A DNA stretch of 64,000 nt from assembly GCA_020847375.1 (NCBI GenBank), contig JADLCB010000002.1, positions 11,877-75,876 of the forward strand, in the 5' to 3' direction. Below are positions 46,426 to 55,855 of this stretch, piece by piece. The position numbers and the translations under genes were made by a program. Position 1 is the first letter of the stretch; every line of letters begins with the position of its first letter. The stretch is from Phycisphaerales bacterium (GTDB lineage: Bacteria; Planctomycetota; Phycisphaerae; Tepidisphaerales; Tepidisphaeraceae). The notes beneath the pieces were generated by a model. It was not told where the DNA came from and ran no database searches. It saw only the letters and a list, made by a program, of their open reading frames with translations.

Positions 46426-47508
46426 TCAACCGCCCGGGCCTTTGCCATTAAACACAGGCAGATAACGGTTGGGCATCTGCAGCACAATCAAGGCACAGGC
46501 GGTGCTGTATTCCTGACTGATTTCCCCGACAAACGCGCCCGTTTTCTGATCCTGACGGATGTTGATCAGTTCATCGCGCACGGGGGGATACCAGTTGCTC
46601 CACCAGTTGCCGCCGGCCAGAAACATCGCCTGGACGGCATAATAGTGACCGTAATAGTAATGCGGAAATTTTTCCGTTTTCATCCGACCCGGTTGAAACT
46701 GGCTGACATACTGCAGGGCGTGTGTCAGATCATCACCCTGAAACACACCCGCGTAGTACAACGTCGCCGCACCAGCCGCCGAGCGCTCAAAGGCGCTGAC
46801 ACCGGCATTATTGGCGATATACCTGAATCCGCCGTCTGCGTTCTGGCAACGACGCACATACGCCAGCGCCCGTTGCATCACCTGCGGGTCAACGTTCAAT
46901 CCCGCATCGATCGCGCCGCGCAGCGCCATGACCTGGCAGATGGTGACGGAAATATCCGCATCCAGCGGTACCGGCGTATATCGCCAGCCCCCCTCGCTGT
47001 TTTGACTTTGAATAATGAGGGCCACGGCTTTATGCAGTTTTTCGCCGACGCGCGGATCAGCCGTCATGCCGTAGACCTGGCTGAGAAACAACGTGGCGTA
47101 TCCGTGGGCATACATCGCGCCGCGCGCCAATTGCGGCGCCAGCAAACCCGATTCCTTCGCGATGTTGCAGAAATAATCGACCGCCGCCGCAACCACCGAA
47201 CCATACTGCCCGCGCCCGGGCAGGTGTCCAGCGGACATGAATGCCAAACCCGCCAGGGCTGTGGTGGCGGGAACATCGCCGTAACCATGATCGACGCCAA
47301 ATGATCCATCAGCCAGTTGGTGGCTGGCCAGCCACGCCAACCCGCGCGCAATCGCCTGCTGCGCCTGTGGGGTCAGCTCATCACCGACCACCTGGCTTGG
47401 CTGGGCGGCGATAACCCGGTCATCCGCCGAGGCCGATGAGATCATCGCCACCAGCGAGGCGCTCATCGCCACCATAACGGTCAGTTTTTGCAGGGAACGT
47501 CGATTCAT
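46426..47508 (-). CDS. Prenyltransferase / squalene-oxidase repeat protein (secreted)
   Basis: 360 aa with a signal peptide and repeated alpha-alpha toroid motifs (QLADGSFG, QNSEGGWRY, QNADGGFRY). Its start overlaps the stop of the upstream gene (ATGA). Confidence 0.75.
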   Translation of the reverse strand: MNRRSLQKLTVMVAMSASLVAMISSASADDRVIAAQPSQVVGDELTPQAQQAIARGLAWLASHQLADGSFGVDHGYGDVPATTALAGLAFMSAGHLPGRGQYGSVVAAAVDYFCNIAKESGLLAPQLARGAMYAHGYATLFLSQVYGMTADPRVGEKLHKAVALIIQSQNSEGGWRYTPVPLDADISVTICQVMALRGAIDAGLNVDPQVMQRALAYVRRCQNADGGFRYIANNAGVSAFERSAAGAATLYYAGVFQGDDLTHALQYVSQFQPGRMKTEKFPHYYYGHYYAVQAMFLAGGNWWSNWYPPVRDELINIRQDQKTGAFVGEISQEYSTACALIVLQMPNRYLPVFNGKGPGG

Positions 47509-50500
47509 TTTTCCCCACCTGACTCGCCGGCCAGGGCGCGATAATAATCATCGGTAACGGTTTTATACTGCTCGATAGGCTGCTCGAAATTACCCTCGAT
47601 CAAATCCTGATCGCGCAAGCGCGGGGCAATTTGCAGGAGATGTTCGCGCAGATCATCCAAGGCAATGCCGGATCGACCAACCACAACGCCCGGCGACGCT
47701 GAATCAGAAGCAGAAGCCGCTGACGAGGTTTGCTGCGCCAAACGATCGGTCTGACCAGCGGCTGGCGCCATCTGCTGCGCCGGGCCAGACTGGCTGGACG
47801 AGCTGGGCGACGCTGCCTGACTCGATTGCTGTGCACTGGCGCTGGCTGGGACTGATTGACCCTGCCCGCTTGACTGCATCGGCGGCGAATTTGGTGCTGA
47901 ACCGGCTGATGACTGGGCGCTGGCGGATGAGGTCAACTGCTGATCCAGTGCTGCGATCAACTGATCGAGCTGGTTGACAATTTCACCCTGGTGCGACTGC
48001 ACCATCTCATCCGTGTGCGCCAGCGCCAGTTGCTGCTGCACCTGATCCATATTGGCGGCGATTTGCTGATTGGCCTGGGCCATCGCCCCGCTGAGCGTCG
48101 GGAGCAGTTCCGCCTGCAATTGCTGCATCTGCTGCGCCAGTTGCCCCTGCGCCGGCGCCAGTTGCGATTTAACCATCAGTTCATGGGCACGACTCAGCAG
48201 CCCCCTGTCATTGCGCTGCGCCTGCATTGCCTGCGTCGGCTGATTGATCCTGTTGATCTGCTGATCACGAATGGCTGCATAATGCTGGCGCAGGTTCACG
48301 AGTTGTTGAAGTTGTTGCCAAGACTCTGATGATGCCTGCTGCTGTTGACTTGTTTGCTGCATCTGTGGCATCGACCGTCGCGGCAACAGCGCATCATTCG
48401 GCTGCTGACCCAGTGCTTCGAGCATGGCGGCTAGACCGGACGCAGCATCGTGCTGACTGGTGCTGGTCTGCCCCTGCAGATTCTGCCCCAGCGCCGCCTG
48501 CGCCTGTTGTTGATGGGCGGGCACAGCGTGCTCATGACCGACCGCCACCGACAGCGCCAGCCTCGTCGCCGTTGCCGGGTCCGCCATGTGCAACCGGGTT
48601 GCATCCCGCTGCATCTGATCGATGGTTGATTGCGTCTGATCAGCCAGCCCCCCCTGCTCCTGCGCCAATTCGCGCAACTGCCGACGATCCTGATCGTTCA
48701 TCTGATCGGGCGACAAACCAAGATTTTGCTGACCCAGTTGACCTGTCTGTTGGATCAGTTGTTGCTGGTTCTGCAACAATTGGGTCAGACGGGCCTGCGC
48801 CAATTGAATGGCGCCGGCGCGATCCAGTTGCGCCAGCGCCTGATTGAGTTGATCGGCAGCGCGCAACTGATCCTGATTCGCCTGCGCCAGTTGCCGGGCC
48901 AATTCCGCTGCGTCGCGCGCCGACTGACGGGCCGAGTCGATTCGATCCGCCGCTGGCTTCATCAATTGTTGCGCGGTTTGATCGAGCAGGCGCGCAACCT
49001 CTGCGGCGCTCTGCTGCAAATCACCCGCCTGGGATCGATTATCCTTCATCCGCCCCAGCAGTCGGTGCAACTGCCCGGCCAGTTGCCGCGTCTGATCGGC
49101 GATGGCTGATTGCCGATCGGCCAGACGCTGGGCGCTGGACTGATCGGACGAATCGAGCGCTGGTTTATCCGCGGTTGAGCTGGCCAGTTGGCGCGTCTGC
49201 TGAGAGGCAGCCTCCTGCTGCTTTTTCAATTCCATCAACCGCTGTTTTTGCAACTGCAACTGAACCGCGATCTGCCCCGCCAACTCCTGCTGGGTGACAA
49301 TCGTGATGCGCAATCGTCCGCTGGCCGCAGGCTCGTGACGCTGCCCATCCAGCGCGAAGTTGTCGCGCGCTTCCAGGTGATATTCCAGCACATCGCCGCT
49401 GCGCAGGTGGGCATCGGTCAACTGCGCCAGTGGCCACACCCAGACCATCTGGTAACGCTGACGACCCGCCGGCGCAGCAAGCGATTGCCACGACACCAGC
49501 GGCGCGGGCTGGGCATCGCGCAGCAGATCGATTTCCCATCGCTGCTGATCGCGCTGACGCTGCACGATGAGTTTGAGATCGGCGAGACCAAAATCATCCT
49601 CAGCTGCCGCCTGCAGCGTGATCTGCGCCTCGGGCGTATTGGACTGATCGGCGCGCGGCGATTCGATGTACACCAGCGGCGGTTGGTCGGCGCGCACCAT
49701 CCACTGAAACTGCTGCGGGGCTGGATTGGTAAAACCATCAACATCATGCGCCTCGATACCAAAGCGCAGTGACTGGTCGATACGAGCCGAGCCCACCGCC
49801 TGCGCCGGGGCAGCATAGGTCCAATCAAACGGCGGTGGCGCAGATGACTCAACGGACAACAGATGAATCGGTCGATCAACCTCCAGCGGCCGATTGAACG
49901 ACAACGACAACTGCATCGATGAACCGGCTGTTAATACGGGCACGGTCGTCGCCAGATCCACGTGGGTTGGTTGCTGCGGCGCATACGGTGGCGGGAGGAT
50001 CAACGCCTGCGCCTGCTGGATGAGCAGTTGCGGAACGATGATGACGGGCGGCAATAACAGGCGATCATCACCCGATTCCACCCAGGCGCGCAGCACGCGG
50101 GATTGCCTGACCGCATCAGCGCCGGTCTCCAGGGCCGCAGTCAATGTTCCATCGGTGGCGCGGGCCATCGCCACGTCGCGCAGCGGCGCATCATCCAACT
50201 GATAGTGAACCCGCGCAACGGCTGACGGAAAATCGCCCTTGACCAATTTCACGCGCACAGGGACAGACTGTCCGGCGGGCAGACGATCCGGCCACGGCCC
50301 GGCCAGGGCGATGTTGGTTCGGCGCGGCCAGTCCGGGGCATGCAACGGCGAAAAAATCCGCAACAGCGCTGTGTCACGATAGACCCGCGGCACCAGCAGC
50401 GCCACCAGCAACAACAGCGCCACCGCGCCCCCAGCCCCGGCGCAGGAATATAAAACCGGCCGACCGGTCAGGGCGCGGCGCAGATCGACCTGCCCGGCTA

Positions 50501-50897
50501 GTTGAACCGTCTGGGCAATGACCCGGTTTTTTAATTCATCACGATCCGGCGCACCGGCGCCCAGAAAATTCACCGTGCTGCGCAGCCGGTCTTCAAACTG
50601 CGGAAAGACTTGCTCCAGATGCTGCGCCACATCATCCAGCGTCAACCGGCTGGTCAGGGGCGCCAAAACAAAACGCCCCAGCCACCAGGTCCAGACCCCC
50701 ACCGCGGCGCAAAGCATCACCAGACGCGGGCCAGCCGGTAAATTCAAAAGATAATCCACCGACGCCAACAGCAGCACCAGCCCCACCGCGACAACGCCGG
50801 CCAGGCCCAGCCCCCAGAGCATCCCCATGAACCGGATGCGCCGGCGCACCGCTTTGAGCAGGGTAAGTAACCGGATTGGCGGGGTGGTTTGACTCAT
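47505..50897 (-). CDS. Giant membrane-anchored protein with a Gln-rich coiled-coil C-terminal half (DUF4175-like)
   Basis: About 1130 aa from the ATG at 50897 (MSQTTPPIRLL...). It has two N-terminal TM helices and a beta-rich middle region. The C-terminal roughly 500 aa are dominated by Q/A/L heptad-like low complexity, with a Ser/Ala/Gln tail. Confidence 0.65.
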   Translation of the reverse strand: MSQTTPPIRLLTLLKAVRRRIRFMGMLWGLGLAGVVAVGLVLLLASVDYLLNLPAGPRLVMLCAAVGVWTWWLGRFVLAPLTSRLTLDDVAQHLEQVFPQFEDRLRSTVNFLGAGAPDRDELKNRVIAQTVQLAGQVDLRRALTGRPVLYSCAGAGGAVALLLLVALLVPRVYRDTALLRIFSPLHAPDWPRRTNIALAGPWPDRLPAGQSVPVRVKLVKGDFPSAVARVHYQLDDAPLRDVAMARATDGTLTAALETGADAVRQSRVLRAWVESGDDRLLLPPVIIVPQLLIQQAQALILPPPYAPQQPTHVDLATTVPVLTAGSSMQLSLSFNRPLEVDRPIHLLSVESSAPPPFDWTYAAPAQAVGSARIDQSLRFGIEAHDVDGFTNPAPQQFQWMVRADQPPLVYIESPRADQSNTPEAQITLQAAAEDDFGLADLKLIVQRQRDQQRWEIDLLRDAQPAPLVSWQSLAAPAGRQRYQMVWVWPLAQLTDAHLRSGDVLEYHLEARDNFALDGQRHEPAASGRLRITIVTQQELAGQIAVQLQLQKQRLMELKKQQEAASQQTRQLASSTADKPALDSSDQSSAQRLADRQSAIADQTRQLAGQLHRLLGRMKDNRSQAGDLQQSAAEVARLLDQTAQQLMKPAADRIDSARQSARDAAELARQLAQANQDQLRAADQLNQALAQLDRAGAIQLAQARLTQLLQNQQQLIQQTGQLGQQNLGLSPDQMNDQDRRQLRELAQEQGGLADQTQSTIDQMQRDATRLHMADPATATRLALSVAVGHEHAVPAHQQQAQAALGQNLQGQTSTSQHDAASGLAAMLEALGQQPNDALLPRRSMPQMQQTSQQQQASSESWQQLQQLVNLRQHYAAIRDQQINRINQPTQAMQAQRNDRGLLSRAHELMVKSQLAPAQGQLAQQMQQLQAELLPTLSGAMAQANQQIAANMDQVQQQLALAHTDEMVQSHQGEIVNQLDQLIAALDQQLTSSASAQSSAGSAPNSPPMQSSGQGQSVPASASAQQSSQAASPSSSSQSGPAQQMAPAAGQTDRLAQQTSSAASASDSASPGVVVGRSGIALDDLREHLLQIAPRLRDQDLIEGNFEQPIEQYKTVTDDYYRALAGESGGEK

Positions 50898-51189
50898 ATC
50901 GACCTGTTGATACGAACCGGTTCCGGTTGGATCAGGCAGTTGTCCGATAATACAATACCGTGGTCGCGTAAAAGTTGTACGTTCAATGTGGTGGCTGGTT
51001 CGAGACGCGCCAACAACGATCCGGGCAGGCGATGGATGCGCGACGCGAATCGGCTTGAACAAGTTATCGGCGATTACGGACGTTGTGGCCGCTGGTCAAT
51101 CAGCCGATAATCCCTGATAAGGCGTCTGATCAGACAAGCAATCAACCCGCGCAGCGCACAGCGCAGCAAGCCAGGTCAACGGATCGATC

Positions 51190-52326
51190 ATGCAAAGCAG
51201 CACCAGCATCAGCTCCAGTGCCGCAACCACCGGTGACTCGGTCGCGGGCAGCGCCGGTGTCAGTGGAGGCGGTTCGGCCGGAAGCGCTCCCAGCGCCGCC
51301 TCCGCCGAGCGCGTGCGCGAGCGTTTCAGTGCTGAAGAGCTGGCGGTGGTTCTGTCGCATTTCGACATCGGCATCATTGAATCGGTGACGGAATATCCGC
51401 GCGGTTCGCGCAAGGCGCCCAAGCTGCTGATCACCAGCCAGCAGGGGCAGTTCCTGCTCAAACGCCGGGCCAGGGGGAAGGATGATCCCTTCAAGGTCGC
51501 CTTTGCCCACGCCCTTCAGCTTCATCTGGCCCAGCGTCAGTTTCCCCTGCCGCATCTGATTGGAACCCGGCGTGAAAACAATTCCATGCTGCAACTGCCC
51601 AGCGGCGTTTACGAATTGTTCGAGTATATCGCCGGTCAGCCCTACCCGCAGACGCTGGAATCGACCTTCGACAGCGGGCGCGTCCTGGCGCTGTATCACA
51701 AACTGCTTCTGGATTTTCAAAGTCAGTGGACACCCCCCAGCGGGTCTTATCATGCAGCGCCGGCGGTCGATCAGGGTCTGCGCACCATTCAGCAGCAGAT
51801 GCGCAACAACGCCCAGATCAATCCGGTGCTGGAGTTCCTGCACCAAAGTTACAGCCACGCGGTGGATCAGGTTGAAACCCAGGGGTTGCGCCAGTGGCCG
51901 CGGCAGATCGTGCATGCCGACTGGCACGCGGGAAACATGCTGTTTCGTGGCAATCATGTGGTGGCGGTGATCGACTACGACGCGGCGCGGTTGTTGCCGC
52001 GCGTGCTGGATATCGCCAACGGGGCGCTGCAGTTTTCCATCGTGGGGGGCAATGAAGATGTGGGCAAGTGGCCGGAATATATCGACGAAAGCCGCTTCAA
52101 ACGTTTTCTGCGCGGGTATGACGGGGTGATGCTGCTCAGCCAGGCGGAGGTGCGCACGCTGCCCTGGTTGATGATCGAAGCATTAATCGCCGAAGCCGTT
52201 TTCCCCATCGCAGCCACGGGCAATTTCGGGCGACTGGCGGGACAGGCGTTTTTGCTCATGGTGCAGCGCAAGGTGCACTGGTTGCAGCGCACCAGCGATC
52301 ATCTGATCGAACTGGCGGAGGGGTAG
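51190..52326 (+). CDS. Aminoglycoside-phosphotransferase-fold kinase (APH / type II homoserine-kinase-like)
   Basis: 378 aa with the catalytic loop IVHADWHAGNMLF and the metal-binding VIDYDAA. The N-terminus is a low-complexity Ser/Ala/Gly stretch. Confidence 0.75.
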   Translation: MQSSTSISSSAATTGDSVAGSAGVSGGGSAGSAPSAASAERVRERFSAEELAVVLSHFDIGIIESVTEYPRGSRKAPKLLITSQQGQFLLKRRARGKDDPFKVAFAHALQLHLAQRQFPLPHLIGTRRENNSMLQLPSGVYELFEYIAGQPYPQTLESTFDSGRVLALYHKLLLDFQSQWTPPSGSYHAAPAVDQGLRTIQQQMRNNAQINPVLEFLHQSYSHAVDQVETQGLRQWPRQIVHADWHAGNMLFRGNHVVAVIDYDAARLLPRVLDIANGALQFSIVGGNEDVGKWPEYIDESRFKRFLRGYDGVMLLSQAEVRTLPWLMIEALIAEAVFPIAATGNFGRLAGQAFLLMVQRKVHWLQRTSDHLIELAEG

Positions 52327-52336
52327 TATTTACACC

Positions 52337-52438
52337 TTACGAGCCGCGACCGTGAGGGAGCGGTTTTGAGCCGATCCCCGCTCCCTCACGGTCGCGGCTC
52401 GTTAATACATCGACTCTCGCGGGCTACGTGCGATTGCC
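52337..52438. repeat. REP-like palindromic element, copy B
   Basis: A perfect 25-bp stem, ACGAGCCGCGACCGTGAGGGAGCGG (52339-52363) / CCGCTCCCTCACGGTCGCGGCTCGT (52378-52402), has a 14-nt loop and starts 11 nt after the kinase stop. The right-hand tail is TAATACATCGACTCTCGCGGGCTACGTGCGATTGCC. Confidence 0.9.
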
Positions 52439-52587
52439 TTGGGGCCAATCCGTCCATTTTTCGTTATTTTGACGTAAATCAAGCAAAATCAATCGTTTGC
52501 ATTCAAACCTTGCTGTTTTTATCGGACGACCATGCCGGTTTAACCGATACAATCGTACCAGCTTACGCAAAACTGAAAAGATTTTTG

Positions 52588-52617
52588 TTGACCTGCCGAA
52601 AGCAACGTTGGTAAAAT
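52588..52617 (+). promoter_or_regulatory. Sigma-70-type promoter with an extended -10
   Basis: -35 TTGACC (52588-52593), 18-nt spacer, TGG-TAAAAT (-10 at 52612-52617). It lies in a 570-bp gene-free region upstream of the DUF1559 gene. Confidence 0.45.
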
Positions 52618-52623
52618 ATGCCC

Positions 52624-52815
52624 GCTAACTGAGTGCTGGTTAAAACTGAATCAACAGACGCTTTGTAGCAGGCGTATCGTTTGTAGCAACCTATTGTTGA
52701 TCAAGAGCACCAGCAATGATCGGTATGTTTTTGAGGTACCGGGCATTCGTGAGAACTGTGAGTCATAATTTACTTCGTTGATTCCGACTCCGGCGATGGT
52801 CGCCGGGGTTATTTT
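52624..52815 (+). ncRNA. Candidate ~190-nt small RNA or terminated 5' leader
   Basis: It runs from the predicted start after the 52588 promoter to a terminator-like hairpin, CCGGCGA-tgg-TCGCCGG (52790-52806, extendable to about 10 bp), followed by GGTTATTTT. It contains the direct repeat TTTGTAGCA twice. It is non-coding in all frames by eye. Confidence 0.25.
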
Positions 52816-53010
52816 CCATTGTCCGTCGCAAGGCTGATTGAAGCAGCATGAGGTGACAGGTTTGTGAAGAGTCCGATGAAAACCAATCTGAAGCTTTGAT
52901 TGGGAAAAACGGCATCATATCTTAACTTTTTACGCCGTCGGATTGCTCACACGACTTGAAACCAGATGCCCGATTCAACCAGCAGCGACTGTTTGAAAGG
53001 AGCGTCTACC

Positions 53011-53868
53011 ATGACGCAACGTAAGAACCGAGGGTTTACCCTCGTCGAGTTGCTGGTCGTCATCGGCATCATTGCCCTGCTGATCAGCATTTTGCTGCCC
53101 TCGTTGAACCGTGCCCGTGAAACGGCCAACCGCGTGAAGTGTGCCTCGAACCTGCGCCAGATCGGCCAGGCGATGCTGCTCTACGCCAACGAAAACCGTC
53201 AACTGTGGCCGCGAACGATCGGAGATGGTACCAATGGCTACAATACTGGTACAGGCATCACCGATGATGATCCGTTTGTCACGGGCCACACGGTACTTAA
53301 CAACGACGTGACGGCTTCGCTGTTTCTGCTGATCCGTACGCAGGATATCGGCACGGAAGTCTTCACCTGCCCCAGCGACAACACGGAAAAGGACAACCTC
53401 GCCAACGAGTCAGCTCAGTTGCGCAGCAACTTCACCAAGAGCAATAACCTCTCGTTCGGTGTGACCAACCCCTTCCCGGCGAGTGCTGCAGTCGGTTTGG
53501 GTTATCGCTGGACCTCCAACCAGAATCCTGATTTTGCCGTCATGGCCGACCAGGGTAGCGGAAACGCAACTGCACCCACGCCGGCTTCGCTGACTACAAG
53601 TTCCACCCAGGCACAGATCAAGGCTGCCAAGGGTAACAGCCCCAACCACAATGGGGATGGACAGAACATTCTGTTTGGTGATGGGCACGTTGAATTTGCC
53701 AATACCCCCTTCGCCGGGTCCAGCAAGGACAACATCTATACCATCACAGCGCTTAACGGCACGAACATCGACGCCACGGCGGCAAGCACCGCTCCGTCGA
53801 AGACTGCTGCCCAGCCGAAGCATCAGAATGATTCGGTCATCATCCCGACCAAGGACATTACTTGGTAA
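53011..53868 (+). CDS. DUF1559 / prepilin-type N-terminal cleavage-methylation domain protein
   Basis: [37 protein letters not shown] is a type IV pilin-like leader. The C-terminal [17 protein letters not shown] is an H-X9-DG-like motif. AAAGGAG lies upstream of the ATG at 53011. Confidence 0.9.
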   Translation: MTQRKNRGFTLVELLVVIGIIALLISILLPSLNRARETANRVKCASNLRQIGQAMLLYANENRQLWPRTIGDGTNGYNTGTGITDDDPFVTGHTVLNNDVTASLFLLIRTQDIGTEVFTCPSDNTEKDNLANESAQLRSNFTKSNNLSFGVTNPFPASAAVGLGYRWTSNQNPDFAVMADQGSGNATAPTPASLTTSSTQAQIKAAKGNSPNHNGDGQNILFGDGHVEFANTPFAGSSKDNIYTITALNGTNIDATAASTAPSKTAAQPKHQNDSVIIPTKDITW

Positions 53869-53927
53869 TTTTGCCTGGTATGAGATGACGGTAACGCAGC
53901 GTTACCGGATTTCGTAAAGCGTTTAAT

Positions 53928-53966
53928 CAGCCGCCGATGGCCCCACGCCACCGGCGGTTGTTTTTT
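53928..53966 (+). terminator. Intrinsic terminator after the DUF1559 gene
   Basis: The stem CAGCCGCCG (53928-53936) / CGGCGGTTG (53952-53960) is followed by TTTTTT (53961-53966). Confidence 0.7.
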
Positions 53967-54026
53967 GCGCTGATTTTCTGATTTTTACCACCTTGGCCCT
54001 GGCGTCCGCCAGGTAATCTCTTACGA

Positions 54027-54404
54027 GATCACCGCTCCCTGACGGTCGCGGCTCGTTAATACATCGACCCTTGCGGACTACTGGCGATTGATCACCGCTC
54101 CCTGACGGTCGCGGCTCGTTCATACATCGACCCTTGCGGACTACTTGCGATTGATCACCGCTCCCTGACGGTCGCGGCTCGTTAATACATCAACCCTTGC
54201 GGGCTACTGGCGATTGATCACCGCTCCCTGACGGATGCGGCTCGTTCATACATCGACCCGCGCGGACTACTGGCGATTGATCACCGCTCCCTGACGGTCG
54301 CGGCTCGTTCATACATCAACCCGCGCGGGCTACTTGCGATTGATCACCGCTCCCTGACGGTTGCGGCTCGTTCATACATCGACCCGCGCGGACTACTTGC
54401 GATT
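54027..54404 (+). repeat. Phased tandem array, 6 x 63 bp, built from the right half of the REP-like element
   Basis: Units start at 54027, 54090, 54153, 54216, 54279 and 54342, exactly 63 bp apart. The consensus is GATCACCGCTCCCTGACGGTCGCGGCTCGTT(A/C)ATACATC(G/A)ACCC(TT/GC)GCGG(A/G)CTACT(G/T)GCGATT. A truncated left arm, CTCTTACGAG, precedes unit 1. Confidence 0.95.
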
Positions 54405-54440
54405 GCCCTGGATCGGGGGAGAAGAAAAAATATTTTATAC

Positions 54441-54468
54441 TTGACATTTCCCTAACATCGGTTAAGGT
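54441..54468 (+). promoter_or_regulatory. Candidate promoter for the HTH/ATPase/GNAT/TerL cassette
   Basis: -35 TTGACA (54441-54446), 16-nt spacer, -10 TAAGGT (54463-54468). It lies in a short AT-rich patch right after the tandem array and about 130 nt upstream of the first ORF. Confidence 0.35.
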
Positions 54469-54595
54469 TAGGTTGTCTTATCTTGGGGGGATTGATTCAG
54501 CGCAGCGGGCGCTGAAATCGTTATGGAACGGGTCGTGATCGGGAACACCGCACGACGGGGCAACAGATGGGAAAATCATTTCCCGGGGTGAAATC

Positions 54596-54997
54596 ATGGT
54601 TCATGGGATCAATTATGCGGATGTGGAACAGGCGCAGCAGACATTGTTGCAGCGGGCGCGATATCTGGCGCCACGCGATACGGTGCTGGTGCAAAACGCG
54701 CTTGAACGAAAACTGACGAATGTGCAGATTGGGCGGATCGTGGGACGGCATCCGGGGAATGTCGGTCGGCGGGTGCATCGATTGTTGCGGCGGTTGAACG
54801 AACCGTCGATTGTGTTGCTGATCGATTATGGCAACCAATTCCCCAGGGAACTGTACGACGCGGGGATCGAACGTCATGTCCGGGGGTTGAGTCTGGCTGC
54901 CATTGCGCAGAAACATGGGATCAGCCGCAATGAGGTGCGCGAACGCTTGGCGCAGTTGCGGGGATGCCTGCGCACATTTCGGCGCTTCGGTCGCTAA
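54596..54997 (+). CDS. Small DNA-binding protein with two sigma-70-region-4-like HTH units (TerS-like role possible)
   Basis: 133 aa with LTNVQIGRIVGRHPGNVGRRVHRLLRRL and LSLAAIAQKHGISRNEVRERLAQLRGCL. There is no sigma region 2. Confidence 0.6.
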   Translation: MVHGINYADVEQAQQTLLQRARYLAPRDTVLVQNALERKLTNVQIGRIVGRHPGNVGRRVHRLLRRLNEPSIVLLIDYGNQFPRELYDAGIERHVRGLSLAAIAQKHGISRNEVRERLAQLRGCLRTFRRFGR

Positions 54998-55019
54998 GGC
55001 GCCCACGGGTGGATTGTGG

Positions 55020-55194
55020 GTTGATTCGGCGTAGCGCTGCATGGGGGCGGTTTTTGAACCGATCACCGCTGCCTTACGGCCGCGGCTCGTTAATACATCG
55101 ATCCTTGCGGGTTACTTGCGATTGCCCTGCCGATCACCGCTACCTTACGGTCGCGGCTCGTTAATACACCGACCCGCGCGGGCTACTTGCGATT
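55020..55194. repeat. REP-like element, copy D (degenerate left arm plus two tandem right-half units)
   Basis: GATCACCGCTGCCTTACGGCCGCGGCTCGTTAATACATCG... starts at 55061 and GATCACCGCTACCTTACGGTCGCGGCTCGTTAATACACCG... at 55132. It lies between the HTH gene and the ATPase gene. Confidence 0.85.
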
Positions 55195-55228
55195 GTTCTG
55201 GTTTTTTACACGTCGAGAGGGTTTTGTC

Positions 55229-55855
55229 ATGTCATCACGAACGGATCTGGTTCGCCAATGGTTTGGCGTAGGGCAGTTGCAGGCAGCGCCGATGATTCCG
55301 GTGGATTCTACCCTGCCCAAGATCGAGGCTGGGCAGATTGTTTTGATCACCGGCGCCAGTGGTTCAGGCAAGACGACACTTTTACGCCGAATTACGGATC
55401 AGTGGCCGGGCGAAGTGGTGGATATTGACCGGATCGAGTTTCCCGCCGGGGCAGCGGTGGATTGTTTTGGGTCAATGCCGCTGGAGCAGGTGCTGGAAAT
55501 TTTGGGGCGTTGCGGGCTGGGGGAAGTCTGGACCTATCTCAGTCCGGCGGGTCGGTTGTCGCAAGGTCAGCAGTGGCGTTTGCGTCTGGCGATGGCGCTG
55601 GGGCAGGGCCGGATGAATCGTCCGGCGAAGCTGGCTGAAACGGGGAAGGTTCAACTATTGGTCAGCGATGAGTTTGCCGCGATTCTGGATCGGGTGACGG
55701 CGTGCGTGGTCGGGCGCATGCTGCGCAAAATGTTCAACGGTCAGCAGCCGGTGGCGATGGTCTGTTGCACCAGTCAGGATGATCTGGCAGGCGCGCTCAA
55801 GCCCGATATCACCATCACCTGCGATTTCGGTCAGTTGCAGATCGTGGGGCGCTGA
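55229..55855 (+). CDS. Minimal soluble ABC-type ATPase (no transmembrane partner)
   Basis: About 208 aa from the ATG at 55229, with GAGAGGG upstream. The longer ORF-track start lies inside the REP element. It has Walker A ITGASGSGKTTLL, signature-like LSQGQQWRLRLA and Walker B LLVSDEFAAILD. The canonical H-loop His was not seen. Confidence 0.7.
   Translation: MSSRTDLVRQWFGVGQLQAAPMIPVDSTLPKIEAGQIVLITGASGSGKTTLLRRITDQWPGEVVDIDRIEFPAGAAVDCFGSMPLEQVLEILGRCGLGEVWTYLSPAGRLSQGQQWRLRLAMALGQGRMNRPAKLAETGKVQLLVSDEFAAILDRVTACVVGRMLRKMFNGQQPVAMVCCTSQDDLAGALKPDITITCDFGQLQIVGR

Noticed and set aside
54027-54404. Possible CRISPR array: regular 63-bp periodicity with a conserved ~36-bp segment
   Set aside because: The segments that would be spacers are themselves nearly identical in all six units, differing at only 3-4 positions. 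No cas genes or leader-like asymmetry are present, and the repeat belongs to the dispersed REP-like family. It is a tandem repeat, not a CRISPR array.
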